47,891 nt of DNA from Trichomonas gallinae (Eukaryota). Positions within the stretch are counted from its first letter, which is position 1, and each line of letters opens with the position of its first letter. The stretch lies in NCBI GenBank assembly GCA_008369845.1, contig MRSU01009471.1, positions 1-47,891 on the forward strand. The letters are read 5' to 3'. Below, piece by piece: positions 11,734 to 21,349 of the stretch. The notes under the pieces are model-generated. The model worked only from the letters and a program-made list of their open reading frames with translations. It was not told the origin of the DNA and made no database searches. A program made the translations under genes and the position numbers.

Positions 11734-12642
11734 ATGGAAAATCAGTGTGAACATATCCAAGACGTCGACGTTCTTGAAATATTCAAGCCGTACCACGAGG
11801 TTTCATCATACTTATGGAACTTATCTAAAGAAAATGTTAATACAGAAGAATTAATCAAACTAATTATTGACAAAATCGAGACTCGCTTTGTATCACCAAC
11901 ATTCATATACAATTTAATCTTTGTTATTACTATGTACAGACCGCATTTGTCTCAAATCATGAATGTTATTTGCAAATCATTGTGCACGAAGTATAAAAGA
12001 GTATATCGTGAAGTTAGTTTCCCATTTCTCACAAAAATAACATGTTTCAGGCCAACAGAATTAAATAATATACTTTTAAATGATGATGTTGATGAATACA
12101 TTCAATATCTTACACGCAAATTCGCAAATCCAGATATTTTGGACTTACAAGCATCCTGCCTATATGGATCAATTAATTGCTTTAAATATATCATCATGAA
12201 TCTTGATAAAGATTTAGAAACTGCGAAATATTATGCGATAATATCAGGAAACCTCGAGATGATTCGCATTTTATATAACAGTGGAGTCTCTTTCGATAAG
12301 TGTTATAGAATGGCTGTCGTTACAAATCGAAATGAAATTGCTGATTGGATTTATGATAACTTTGGAGACAATGAGAGTAATGTATTTGAAGCACTTGTCG
12401 TAAAGAACTATCAAGCCGTAAGTTTTTATATGAATAACGGTGTAAATCCAGAAGATTTAGCTTTTAATCCAATAATGGTTGCAAGCCAAGAGAACAGCCC
12501 AGAAATCATCGAGTACTTCATGACAAAAGGTTTTGCAATTGAAGAAAGCCAAATTAATTTTAATATTTTGGTATTCTTTGTTATCAAACAATATTCAGCA
12601 TTTTTCAATGACATTCATCCTATATTCAAGGAATTCATTTAG
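11734..12642 (+). CDS. N-terminal part of a DUF3447-type ankyrin-repeat protein; coding signal ends near 12552 and the rest reads into a spacer
   Basis: ASCLYGSINCFKYI, AIISGNLEMIRIL, AVVTNRNEIADWI motifs, then NPIMVASQENSPEIIEYFMTKG; after EESQ the sequence becomes low-complexity I/F/N. Confidence 0.8.
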   Translation: MENQCEHIQDVDVLEIFKPYHEVSSYLWNLSKENVNTEELIKLIIDKIETRFVSPTFIYNLIFVITMYRPHLSQIMNVICKSLCTKYKRVYREVSFPFLTKITCFRPTELNNILLNDDVDEYIQYLTRKFANPDILDLQASCLYGSINCFKYIIMNLDKDLETAKYYAIISGNLEMIRILYNSGVSFDKCYRMAVVTNRNEIADWIYDNFGDNESNVFEALVVKNYQAVSFYMNNGVNPEDLAFNPIMVASQENSPEIIEYFMTKGFAIEESQINFNILVFFVIKQYSAFFNDIHPIFKEFI

Positions 12643-12734
12643 TTTTTCATGATATTCACTTGTTATTTTATGAATTTCATCAATCTCATATACAGCTGCG
12701 AAAATTAATCATATAATTTTAGTATTCGTTATAT

Positions 12735-12827
12735 ATTTGTATGACACCTCTAATTATTGCATGCAGACACGGAAGCTTAGAAGCTGTTAAATTCTTGATT
12801 TCTTCTGGCGTCAACATCAATACTGGC
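12735..12827 (+). CDS. Isolated ankyrin repeat module 2 of the split gene
   Basis: CMTPLIIACRHGSLEAVKFLISSGVNINTG is an intact consensus ankyrin repeat, in a different frame from module 1. Confidence 0.8.
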
Positions 12828-12924
12828 ATCGTTTTTCACTTTCTTATAGAGCTCATTCTCGTGCAAAGTTTGATGAAGTTGCGAAAATTGTTCATTTTTG
12901 TTTTTATTCAGTTTATTTTCAATT

Positions 12925-13026
12925 CAGACAACTCCATTAATCACTTCGATATTCTCACATAATACAGATATCGCTAAGGCTCTTATTGAAAATGGAGCTA
13001 ATGTCGAAGCAAAAGCACTTCTTGAA
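12925..13026 (+). CDS. Isolated ankyrin repeat module 3 of the split gene
   Basis: QTTPLITSIFSHNTDIAKALIENGANVEAKALLE. Confidence 0.8.
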
Positions 13027-13184
13027 ATTCAATTTGTTTTTAATGATATTATTCATTATATGATGAAGGACAAGATAGCTTGTATATTTATCATAGATAT
13101 ATATGCTAATTCATTTATAATTCATTGCATTCATCATTATTTTTATTCAATTCAACAATAAATTTATGAAATTCATTATTGTTT

Positions 13185-13274
13185 CAAGCAACTGCTCTCA
13201 CTGCTGCGATAATAACCAAAAATCTCGATTTAATTAAGTTTTTGCTTGATCACGGTGCAGATAAAGAAAATGGA
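13185..13274 (+). CDS. Isolated ankyrin repeat module 4 of the split gene (not in the ORF track)
   Basis: Manual translation QATALTAAIITKNLDLIKFLLDHGADKENG; in-frame TGA just upstream at 13167. Confidence 0.8.
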
Positions 13275-13460
13275 GTAATTCATTATTATTCTCATTATAT
13301 TCATCTTTAAATTACAAAATTCATTGTTGTATCATCAAACAATTCATTACATAATCATCTCATTCATCAATTTGCTATGATATTCATTTTTCATTTTCGG
13401 AATTCAACAATTTTCTTAAATGATTCATTATTTTGCCTATCACATTCATCATTTTAAAAT

Positions 13461-13535
13461 AAAGAGCTTCCTTATGATATCGCAATGCGTAACTACTTCA
13501 AAGAGGCTATCGATTTACTTGCACCAAAGGATTGA
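13461..13535 (+). CDS. Terminal capping ankyrin module 5 of the split gene (not in the ORF track)
   Basis: Manual translation KELPYDIAMRNYFKEAIDLLAPKD followed by TGA (13533-13535); PYDIA...AIDLL is a typical C-cap repeat. Confidence 0.75.
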   Translation, partial: KELPYDIAMRNYFKEAIDLLAPKD

Positions 13536-13785
13536 TATGAATATTAAATTAACAACTATTTTATAACTATTTTATAACATAAACAATTTTATTTCACCCA
13601 AATATTTTGATACTATGCATATTGCTAGGCAATATATATTTCTTCAATGAATTTTAATTAATTTTTCGCTACACTAGCAGTTATTGTAGGTAACATATTA
13701 TATTTATCAAAAATACCAAATTTCAGCTATTATCAAATGCACTCAAAAAAATAACAAAATGAAGCACGAAAACTCAAAATAATTA

Positions 13786-14200
13786 AAATTATCAATGATA
13801 ATCGATATTTAGCAAATTCAAAACTTATTTATTAAGTCATAATCTGTTCTCATCAGCTATAAAAACAAAATATTACTTATCTTTATATGAAACATAAAAA
13901 AATCAATGACAATAGAGATTTTGCAACTGAGAAACTGATTTGTTAGGATAGTATATACTATAACAAGCAATAAAAATAATATGATGATTAATTTTATTTT
14001 TCACAAAAATTATCAATGACAATATATACTTTGCAAATGATAAACTCATTTTCTACACTATTATCTATTATCAATAGTAATGAAAATAATATAAAAATAA
14101 TTTTATTATTCATGAAAAATTTATCAACGACAACAGAGATTTTGCAAATGAGAAACTAGTTTATTTTGCCATAATACATACAAAAAAGCGAATAAAATCG
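13786..14200. repeat. Degenerate tandem repeat, ~109-bp period, about 4 copies
   Basis: Core ATCAATGACAATAGAGATTTTGCAAATGAGAAACT variants begin near 13786, 13896, 14005 and 14115. Confidence 0.8.
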
Positions 14201-14270
14201 GCTGATGTATGAAGAAGAAGGTGAAAAAACGTGCAAAATAATCGTCATCTTAATAAAAAATTGATTTTGC

Positions 14271-17036
14271 ATGAAAGGAAAGGTCCCCATTTCATTTGAA
14301 ACTGAAGGTGGGGTCCTTGAAGAAGCCAAGGCAGCGTTCAACTCAATGTCCGAAGTTTTCACAAAAGATAAGCATTATCAAAAATATCAATACGGAATTC
14401 AAAAGATGTTTGAGTTTTTTAAGGATGAATACGACAAAAACATAAAATTGCTCACAATGGTACAAGAAATGAATGCGCAAATAGTTTTTAATGCTACGAA
14501 AATTAATTTAATCATGAAATCAACATATTCTGATAATGAATCATTGACAAAACTCAAGCAAGATTTCGATGAAGCTACATCCATGGTGCAATCAATCCAT
14601 AAATCCGAAATTCGATCAAAGCAAATATTGAAATCTTTACGAGAGCAGCTCGCACAGCTCACACAGCAAGTTCAGAGTGGCCAAGCATTCAATTTTGGCA
14701 CTCAAAACTCGATTTTTGAGATTTCTCAAGATGTTAAAAATCTAAGAAACGAAAAACAAAAAGATTTTGACGAACTAACTAAAATAAAGGAGTCAATAGA
14801 GACAGAAAACGTTGAAATGAAGAGTGTAACAGAAAGACAAGCAATTTTAACAAATGAATTAAATAAAGATACAAAAACTATTTCTTCTGTAGAAAAAAGA
14901 CTGACAACTTTAACAGCTGAAAATGAGGAGACAAGCAACGCAATTATTGAATTAAAGCCAATTGTTTCTGATATTTCAGGAAAAATTGAAAATGCAAAAA
15001 AATCTAAGAACGAATTAACAGAAAAGATCAATGTACTTAAGAACACGAAGGTGGACGTCACGAATTCATACAATACAGTGCGAAATGAGATGAAAGCGAG
15101 AAAAGATAGATTATCAAGGAGAAAAGAGCATTTAAGCGAGGTAATTCGCTTCCAATCACACAAAGAAGCGAGCATACAGTCAATAAAAGAGCAAATCCAA
15201 TCTATAGAAAAAGATATTTCAGATTCTCACGAATTGCTTAAAGAAGCGAATGCGAAGAATGGTGAACTCACAGTAGCATTAGAAGACGAAATAAAGAAAT
15301 CCGACATGATTTCAGAAGAAAAAGTCAAAGTTAGGAACCAAATCAAAGAACTTCGTCCACAAATCATCGAAGCATCAATAAAAGTATCATCAGAGCAGAA
15401 CGAAAAGGTTGTCATGAACAGACAACTCAGTGGAGCTCAAGCATCTCTAGCGGAAGTAGCACAATTACAATATGATGAAAAACACGCGATGCAAGAAATA
15501 AAAAACGCGAATTCGACACTGAAAAGCGAAACAGCGACTATGAAAGGCACCATGCAAGCGGACAAAGATAAAATTATCCAAATTTTTACCGAGATCGATA
15601 AAACGCGAACATCAATTTTTAAACTTCAAGCAGCAATAAACGCAATAGAAGACTCAAAGCTTGTCACAGAACAAGAGAACGAGCACCTAATGAAAGAGCA
15701 CGCGATACTGATGTCTAAGTCTAACAGACAAACAGATCTATCGGAACAGTTAAGAGAAGAAAGGAATAACTACGCTAGGCTTCTCAAAATAAAAGAAACA
15801 GAGAACCAGGAACTGATGCAATCAATTAACGAACTCGATCACCAAATACAGAAATACACAGCTGAAAATCAAAACTTGTTCGACGAAACTATAAACAGCC
15901 ACTTCAAAACAAGAGATTCAAATGATAAAATAGAAGACTTGAATTCAGAGATAAACCAATATAAGACCTCAATACAGAAAATCGAGAGAATCATTTCACA
16001 CCTTCAAGCGGAAAACACAACATTAAGCTACATCATTAACGAGTCGAACACTGACATGTTACTCGTGCAAAAAGAGACAACTGCACTAAACAAAACTGTC
16101 GCTGATTTAACTGAGCTCAACAAGTCAAGGATCCAACAAATTGAACAACTCAGGGCTGACATACAAACAAAAACGTCTTTCATACTTAAATCTGCCGCCC
16201 AATATAAAGAAAAACTCTCAGAATTAGAAAATCTCAACAGCCAACTTCAAAAATATAAGGATCTAACAGTAAATCTTGAAAATAAAGCAGAGAAACTGAA
16301 CCAATTGCAGTACACACACCAAAAAGTATCATCGCAGCTAGTTATTGAGAAAAGAAAATATATTACATTGATTCACGAGCTCGCAATTCCTCGAAATGTA
16401 CACCGCTGGCAGGTTATGGAGGCCGTCGACCCAGGATACGTTAAGAACATCAGGTATAGGATGATGCTGACAGACAAGCTTGACGACGCGCACAGAGAGC
16501 TCGAGCAATTGCAAAAAGAAAGAGATGAACTCAAAGAAAAATTGACAAAGAGTGAGGCAGAGTATGAAGCATCAATGACGAGAGAACAAGTCCGCACCTA
16601 CATTAACCGCTACAAAGAGGACGTGAAGCGGATGGACGACATGATAGCTGAGATGCAGATGCAGGTCAAAGGCCAGTTAAAGCCTTTGAAGGACTCTGAC
16701 AAAGAAGTTTTGGATCTTAGAGGAAGAGTCAATAAAAGAAGAGAAGCAGCGTCGTCCATCAAAAACGAGATCTACACAGAGACTCACAGCTTAGGAGAGC
16801 CAGAGGCATGGTTCATCACAGAAGGAGTTCCAGCGCCGGCAATAACTGGTGGTGGATTCTTGGCGTCATTGACTCCACCAACAGATACAAGAAAAGTTAC
16901 AAAGTCAAACGGTCTGATGGTTGGCGTTGCTCCAATATTGAGAAACTCGCGCTCAAACTCTATGTTCTCGACAGCAAGATCAACCGGAAGACCTTATAGA
17001 TCAAAAAGAACAATATTACCACCAATGCCAGAATAA
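14271..17036 (+). CDS. Long coiled-coil protein, CFAP58/CCDC147-like (flagellar)
   Basis: 921 aa of continuous heptads; PRNVHRWQVMEAVDP matches the recalled CFAP58 NVHRWxxLExxDP motif. Confidence 0.7.
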   Translation: MKGKVPISFETEGGVLEEAKAAFNSMSEVFTKDKHYQKYQYGIQKMFEFFKDEYDKNIKLLTMVQEMNAQIVFNATKINLIMKSTYSDNESLTKLKQDFDEATSMVQSIHKSEIRSKQILKSLREQLAQLTQQVQSGQAFNFGTQNSIFEISQDVKNLRNEKQKDFDELTKIKESIETENVEMKSVTERQAILTNELNKDTKTISSVEKRLTTLTAENEETSNAIIELKPIVSDISGKIENAKKSKNELTEKINVLKNTKVDVTNSYNTVRNEMKARKDRLSRRKEHLSEVIRFQSHKEASIQSIKEQIQSIEKDISDSHELLKEANAKNGELTVALEDEIKKSDMISEEKVKVRNQIKELRPQIIEASIKVSSEQNEKVVMNRQLSGAQASLAEVAQLQYDEKHAMQEIKNANSTLKSETATMKGTMQADKDKIIQIFTEIDKTRTSIFKLQAAINAIEDSKLVTEQENEHLMKEHAILMSKSNRQTDLSEQLREERNNYARLLKIKETENQELMQSINELDHQIQKYTAENQNLFDETINSHFKTRDSNDKIEDLNSEINQYKTSIQKIERIISHLQAENTTLSYIINESNTDMLLVQKETTALNKTVADLTELNKSRIQQIEQLRADIQTKTSFILKSAAQYKEKLSELENLNSQLQKYKDLTVNLENKAEKLNQLQYTHQKVSSQLVIEKRKYITLIHELAIPRNVHRWQVMEAVDPGYVKNIRYRMMLTDKLDDAHRELEQLQKERDELKEKLTKSEAEYEASMTREQVRTYINRYKEDVKRMDDMIAEMQMQVKGQLKPLKDSDKEVLDLRGRVNKRREAASSIKNEIYTETHSLGEPEAWFITEGVPAPAITGGGFLASLTPPTDTRKVTKSNGLMVGVAPILRNSRSNSMFSTARSTGRPYRSKRTILPPMPE

Positions 17037-17462
17037 TTCAATATGTTTTTAATAAAATGTTTGTATTTATTAACTTTTACATCAAAACAATTTAACTTAT
17101 TTTATATACTGAGATGTAGCATAGAATAATCTTTAGATGGCGATCATCCATTATACTGATATTGAAAATAAATGAATTAAAAATTTGACCAATATTCTTT
17201 CATTTTATCGATGATCTTTCTTATCTATTCAATATATCACTGAAATGGTATTAATTTATATTTTTGTCATGATAACTTTACATTTGACAATATTTGATTT
17301 ACAATATACGATTATTTTGTAAACATTTCAAAATTATATTTCATGTTCTAATGGCTGTTTATCATATATGAACCATAAATATCATAAAATTAAAAGGCCA
17401 CAAAAGTGCCCGAAAAAAGACGATAGAATTTGACAGCCATATATATTTATTGCATCGAAGCT

Positions 17463-17594
17463 GTATGTATTATTAAATTTTTGTTAAAGTTGTTAGCTTT
17501 GAAGAGCACAATCCAGCTCATCTGAATCATGATGAAGGAACGTCCGAGCTCAACACTTTAACAAAAAAAAAATTATTAAATTACTAACACACAG
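17463..17594 (+). other. Spliceosomal intron (132 nt) in an apparently non-coding transcript
   Basis: 5' GTATGT at 17463 and exact fused branch point/3' splice motif ACTAACACACAG at 17583-17594. Confidence 0.8.
17495..17550 (+). ncRNA. Intronic box C/D snoRNA candidate
   Basis: C-like TTGAAGA 17499-17505, D' CTGA 17522-17525, C' ATGATGA 17529-17535, D-like CCGA 17544-17547; closed by AGC/GCT and a long flanking stem TTTTTGTTAAAG/CTTTAACAAAAA. Confidence 0.75.
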
Positions 17595-17936
17595 AATTTA
17601 TAACTAACCAAGAGTCATATTGATTTATTTCTATTACTATTTGCCTATCTTTCTTAATTAATTAAGGTGCCACCTTAGCTGAAATATTTCTTCGAATAAA
17701 AATTTCAACTTTTTGTATTACTTCTTTATTCTATTTTCATTACTGCAATTGAGCATTAATATTTGATGTTTAAATATCAAATATTATGAATTTATATTTT
17801 CATTTTCTGAATATAACAGTTTTTCTCAATGTGAAATCTTACATCGTAATAAATATTTGGAAAGGATTCAAATTAGATAAATTTGAAAACATTTTTAATA
17901 AACATGAATAAAATATTAATTAAAAATAAACAAATG

Positions 17937-20552
17937 TTAGTTCTTTGCTCCGTTGTCTTTCAAAACTTCCTTGTATTTCTTCTTATCCCAAAAGCCAATA
18001 TACTTAGAGTCCTTGATGACGGCCATTGGTGTTTTTCCGTCGTGATTCTTCTCTTCTAGATTTATTCCATTAACTTTAACTAAATATTGAACAATCTCCA
18101 TGCGGCCGAGGTTACAAGCTGCATGCAAAACAGTGTCACCTGTGTTCGTCTTCAAGTTTATGTCGTATTTAGAGAGACCACATAAATATTTCATGATAGG
18201 CAGAGAATTGTTCATCACCGCCCAATAACCTGCCGACCATTTATTGTTGTTCGTCGCTAAAACGTTACAGCCGTTCTCAGCGAGCGCACGCATGAGTGGA
18301 AGATCTCCTTTATAAGCTGCGTTGAGGAATGATGTATTTCCGACATCATCTTTAGCTTCAGTTAATTTCTTTTCAACAGCAAACTTTATTGCATCATTGT
18401 CGTTTTCTTTTTGGCATTTCTTGAGGACGTGGTAGATCTGGTCGAAGTCATTCATTGTTGGGCGAAGCTTCTTCAACTTCTCTGTGTTCTCAGATGGTTT
18501 CTGTTGCTCTTGTGGTTGATTTTGTTGAGTTTGATTATTATTTGTAGGTTGTTGAGGTTTTTCTTCTTTAGGCGGTGATGGAGGTTTGAGGAAACTGATA
18601 TCGTAGCGAGGGGTACCGATAGCTTTGAGCTGACTCGTGAGACTATTTTCCTTTTTCGGAGCAAGTTTTGGAAGATTGGATAATGCTTGTGGTTTCTCTT
18701 GTACTTGTTTCTGCAAGCTTGAAGTGGATTGTTTGAGCTTTGGAAGTGAGTTTTGAGTGTTTAATTTTGATGGTTGAACTTCAACCTTCATTTCATTAGG
18801 ATTAATGAAATTCTTTGGATTTTGAGACTGTACAGCTGATGCATTGCCACTCAATGTCCACTGAACTGGTTTGTAGGCTTCATGCATTTCTTCGATCTCG
18901 AGTTCATCGATGATTTTGATTGGATTTGCTGGAACCGGAGGTGGAAGAAGTGGTTTATTCTTCTCAGGAAGCGGTGGAGGCATCAGCCACTGATTTTTTG
19001 ATGGATCTTCTCTGGGGTCAATGTGCTTGTTAGGGTCATAAGCTTGGGCTTCATACATGCGAGGTATATCGTTTTCAGATTGATCTATAAGCCTCTTATA
19101 TTCTGGATATTGATTTTCAGATTTTGGAGTTTTTTCGACTTCTCCGTTTGGATCTACTTGTTTGACTTTATCTTGTGTAATTTGAGCCTCTGGTTGTTGA
19201 TTTTCAGATTTTTGTAATTCGTTATTGATTTGTTGAGGGCTAATAAGCTTTTCATTAGATTGTGTATGTATTTCTGATTGGTTTTGATTAATATTTTCTG
19301 CTTGTTTCTGTTTAATATTATTTTTGTCCGATTTTTCTTCTGATTTTTGCATATTTTCGATTGCATTATCGTTCTTTTGTTCATCTTCTTCGACGATTTT
19401 TTCTGTTTTTGTTTGATTTTCTGATATTATTTTTTCAATTGCTTGTTTTTCAACTTTTTCGGCGGCAGGAGGCCAATCTTTTGCCATTTGTATGTGTGCA
19501 TTAAAATTTACTTTCTTAATGGTCTCCTCCTTCTTTTGCTCTGCATTTTCATTTGTATTGGCCGCCGAGAGAGCTGAATCGTTATTCTTCGGCGGCAATG
19601 AGGCTTTTTTTGGAGAGCTGTTGTTATTTTGCGTGTCTTCTTGCTGATTTTCGTCTTTCCGTCTGCTCGATAAAACAATCGGTTTTGTGTCTGTTTTCTT
19701 CGTGTTCTCTAGTTTAGGCATGTAACTTTCCTGGTTCCCTTGTTGCTGTGCATTCTCTTGTTGTTTCTGTTTGGCTGATGCTAGCTTCGTTTTTTTAGCT
19801 TTTAACGCTGCGATTTTCTTTTTCTTTTCTTCGTCGTCTTTATCTGTTTCTTTTTCTGCTGGTGGTTCTTCTTCAACAGGAAGGTCAAGCTTTACTCTAT
19901 ATTCGTTTAATTCTTCTTTTTGCTTTTTAATTGTTGCATCACGTTTTTTAAGCATGCTTTTGAGTGTTGCAATATCCTTTGTCTTCTTTTGTACTTGAGG
20001 AAATAGATCGTCAATTTTATCCCTGAGCTCGTCTGTTTCTTTTTCTTTTGCATTCAAAAGTTCTTTGAGTTGGTTGATTTCTTCATCTTTTTGATTCACA
20101 GCATTCATAATTCCAGAATGTTCACCCTGCTGCTGTGTTAATTCGCTTTTATTTTGAGAAATCGAAGTATGTAATATAGTAATTTGGTCTTTTAACCTCT
20201 GAATTTCTACGTCTTTCGCATGGTTTACTGATAATAATTCGTGATATGATTGATAAACTGATTTAAGTACGGGAGATTTTAAAGATTTGAAAATTATTGA
20301 TAAAAGTTCTGCCACTTTTGTGAAATCATTACTTGTGACTACTTTGAGGTGCTGAATTATTTTGAAAATTTCGACTGATTTGAATTTTGCTTTGCATTCT
20401 GTCAAAAATCCAATTGCTTGATTGATTTGTAGATCAGTTAGATCCAAAATTTTGCAGACATCAGGTAGCGAGAAAACATCTATGAACGTGTGATTCTGCA
20501 GATACACGCTGATGTTCTCGGCGACCGATTTATGATCGACCGATGTCTGCAT
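17937..20552 (-). CDS. Coiled-coil/low-complexity protein with C-terminal ankyrin repeats
   Basis: GNTSFLNAAYKG, KWSAGYWAVMNN, GDTVLHAACNLG, GKTPM repeats; Q/E/K/P-rich middle; first ATG (MQTS) at 20552. Confidence 0.85.
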   Translation of the reverse strand: MQTSVDHKSVAENISVYLQNHTFIDVFSLPDVCKILDLTDLQINQAIGFLTECKAKFKSVEIFKIIQHLKVVTSNDFTKVAELLSIIFKSLKSPVLKSVYQSYHELLSVNHAKDVEIQRLKDQITILHTSISQNKSELTQQQGEHSGIMNAVNQKDEEINQLKELLNAKEKETDELRDKIDDLFPQVQKKTKDIATLKSMLKKRDATIKKQKEELNEYRVKLDLPVEEEPPAEKETDKDDEEKKKKIAALKAKKTKLASAKQKQQENAQQQGNQESYMPKLENTKKTDTKPIVLSSRRKDENQQEDTQNNNSSPKKASLPPKNNDSALSAANTNENAEQKKEETIKKVNFNAHIQMAKDWPPAAEKVEKQAIEKIISENQTKTEKIVEEDEQKNDNAIENMQKSEEKSDKNNIKQKQAENINQNQSEIHTQSNEKLISPQQINNELQKSENQQPEAQITQDKVKQVDPNGEVEKTPKSENQYPEYKRLIDQSENDIPRMYEAQAYDPNKHIDPREDPSKNQWLMPPPLPEKNKPLLPPPVPANPIKIIDELEIEEMHEAYKPVQWTLSGNASAVQSQNPKNFINPNEMKVEVQPSKLNTQNSLPKLKQSTSSLQKQVQEKPQALSNLPKLAPKKENSLTSQLKAIGTPRYDISFLKPPSPPKEEKPQQPTNNNQTQQNQPQEQQKPSENTEKLKKLRPTMNDFDQIYHVLKKCQKENDNDAIKFAVEKKLTEAKDDVGNTSFLNAAYKGDLPLMRALAENGCNVLATNNNKWSAGYWAVMNNSLPIMKYLCGLSKYDINLKTNTGDTVLHAACNLGRMEIVQYLVKVNGINLEEKNHDGKTPMAVIKDSKYIGFWDKKKYKEVLKDNGAKN

Positions 20553-21349
20553 ATGATATTGTAAACCATTCAATATGTTAACACAATGAATTTTTACTTT
20601 ACAACTATTTAATATTTGTGAGCTTTAGCAATTTTTTGTTTACATGTCATAACACTTAATTTCATCACCAATAGAATGATATATTCATATTAAAGATAAT
20701 TTTAGGTTAATTTTATGTCATGAGTTTGATGAAGAGTGTCAAGTTTTTGTTTACATGGCAAGATTTAGAATTCCTTACATCACATTAATTTTTATCGGTT
20801 TTGTTATGTTGGGCTATTATATAATATTTGTAACAAAACTTATTTTTGAGACGACTATCAAAAGTTTGAATGGTCTACAAAATTCAATATGTTGAGCATC
20901 AATTAGGAAATTGCATTTTACAAATAATACAAAAGTCTATTTTTTCATATGAACCACTTTTGTTTACACGTCAAAACATTTTTACATGTCAAATTTTGAT
21001 CTCTCTTTATATCATCATCAAAAACACATATAAGACTTCAAATATCGTATTTAAACAAGAAGGTTGAGTATACCCGACCACAACAAATTTCCATTAATAC
21101 TGGAGTACCACATCAAGAATTTTTTTGGGACAATGGTTTACGAGGGAAATTCTTATAACTTGAATATCAAAGCATTAGATTAAATACATGGTGTTTATAA
21201 TAACCAATTGTACATATGCTACACATAAGTGAATCATATACTCCTAAAATTGATATTGCAATTTTAATCATCATAAGTTTGTGCATGAATTCATGTAAAG
21301 AGTCTTGAAAAGAAATTATAGAAATAGCCTTTATAAATAATAAAAAACT

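Noticed and set aside
12571..12722. Ordinary GT-AG intron explanation for spacer 1 of the ankyrin gene
   Set aside because: In frame, but it lacks GTATGT and ACTAAC and would leave an over-long hydrophobic loop (INFNILYSLYIC); no equivalent in-frame pair was found for spacer 3. Not fully excluded.
12741..13161. ORF-track entries 12741-12962 and 12898-13161 as independent small genes
   Set aside because: Each holds one ankyrin repeat plus low-complexity spacer read-through; better explained as modules of one gene
13786..14200. CRISPR-like repeat-spacer array
   Set aside because: Cores are degenerate, inter-core segments resemble each other, there are no cas genes and the context is eukaryotic
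14399..16999. Antisense and alternate-frame ORFs inside the coiled-coil gene (and similar ones inside other genes)
   Set aside because: Shadow ORFs produced by host codon bias; Ser/Phe/Leu-rich with no recognisable motifs
20870..21160. Short ORF 20870-21067 and adjacent coding-like fragment (VEYTRPQQ...)
   Set aside because: No recognisable domain, overlaps intergenic motifs, too short to support
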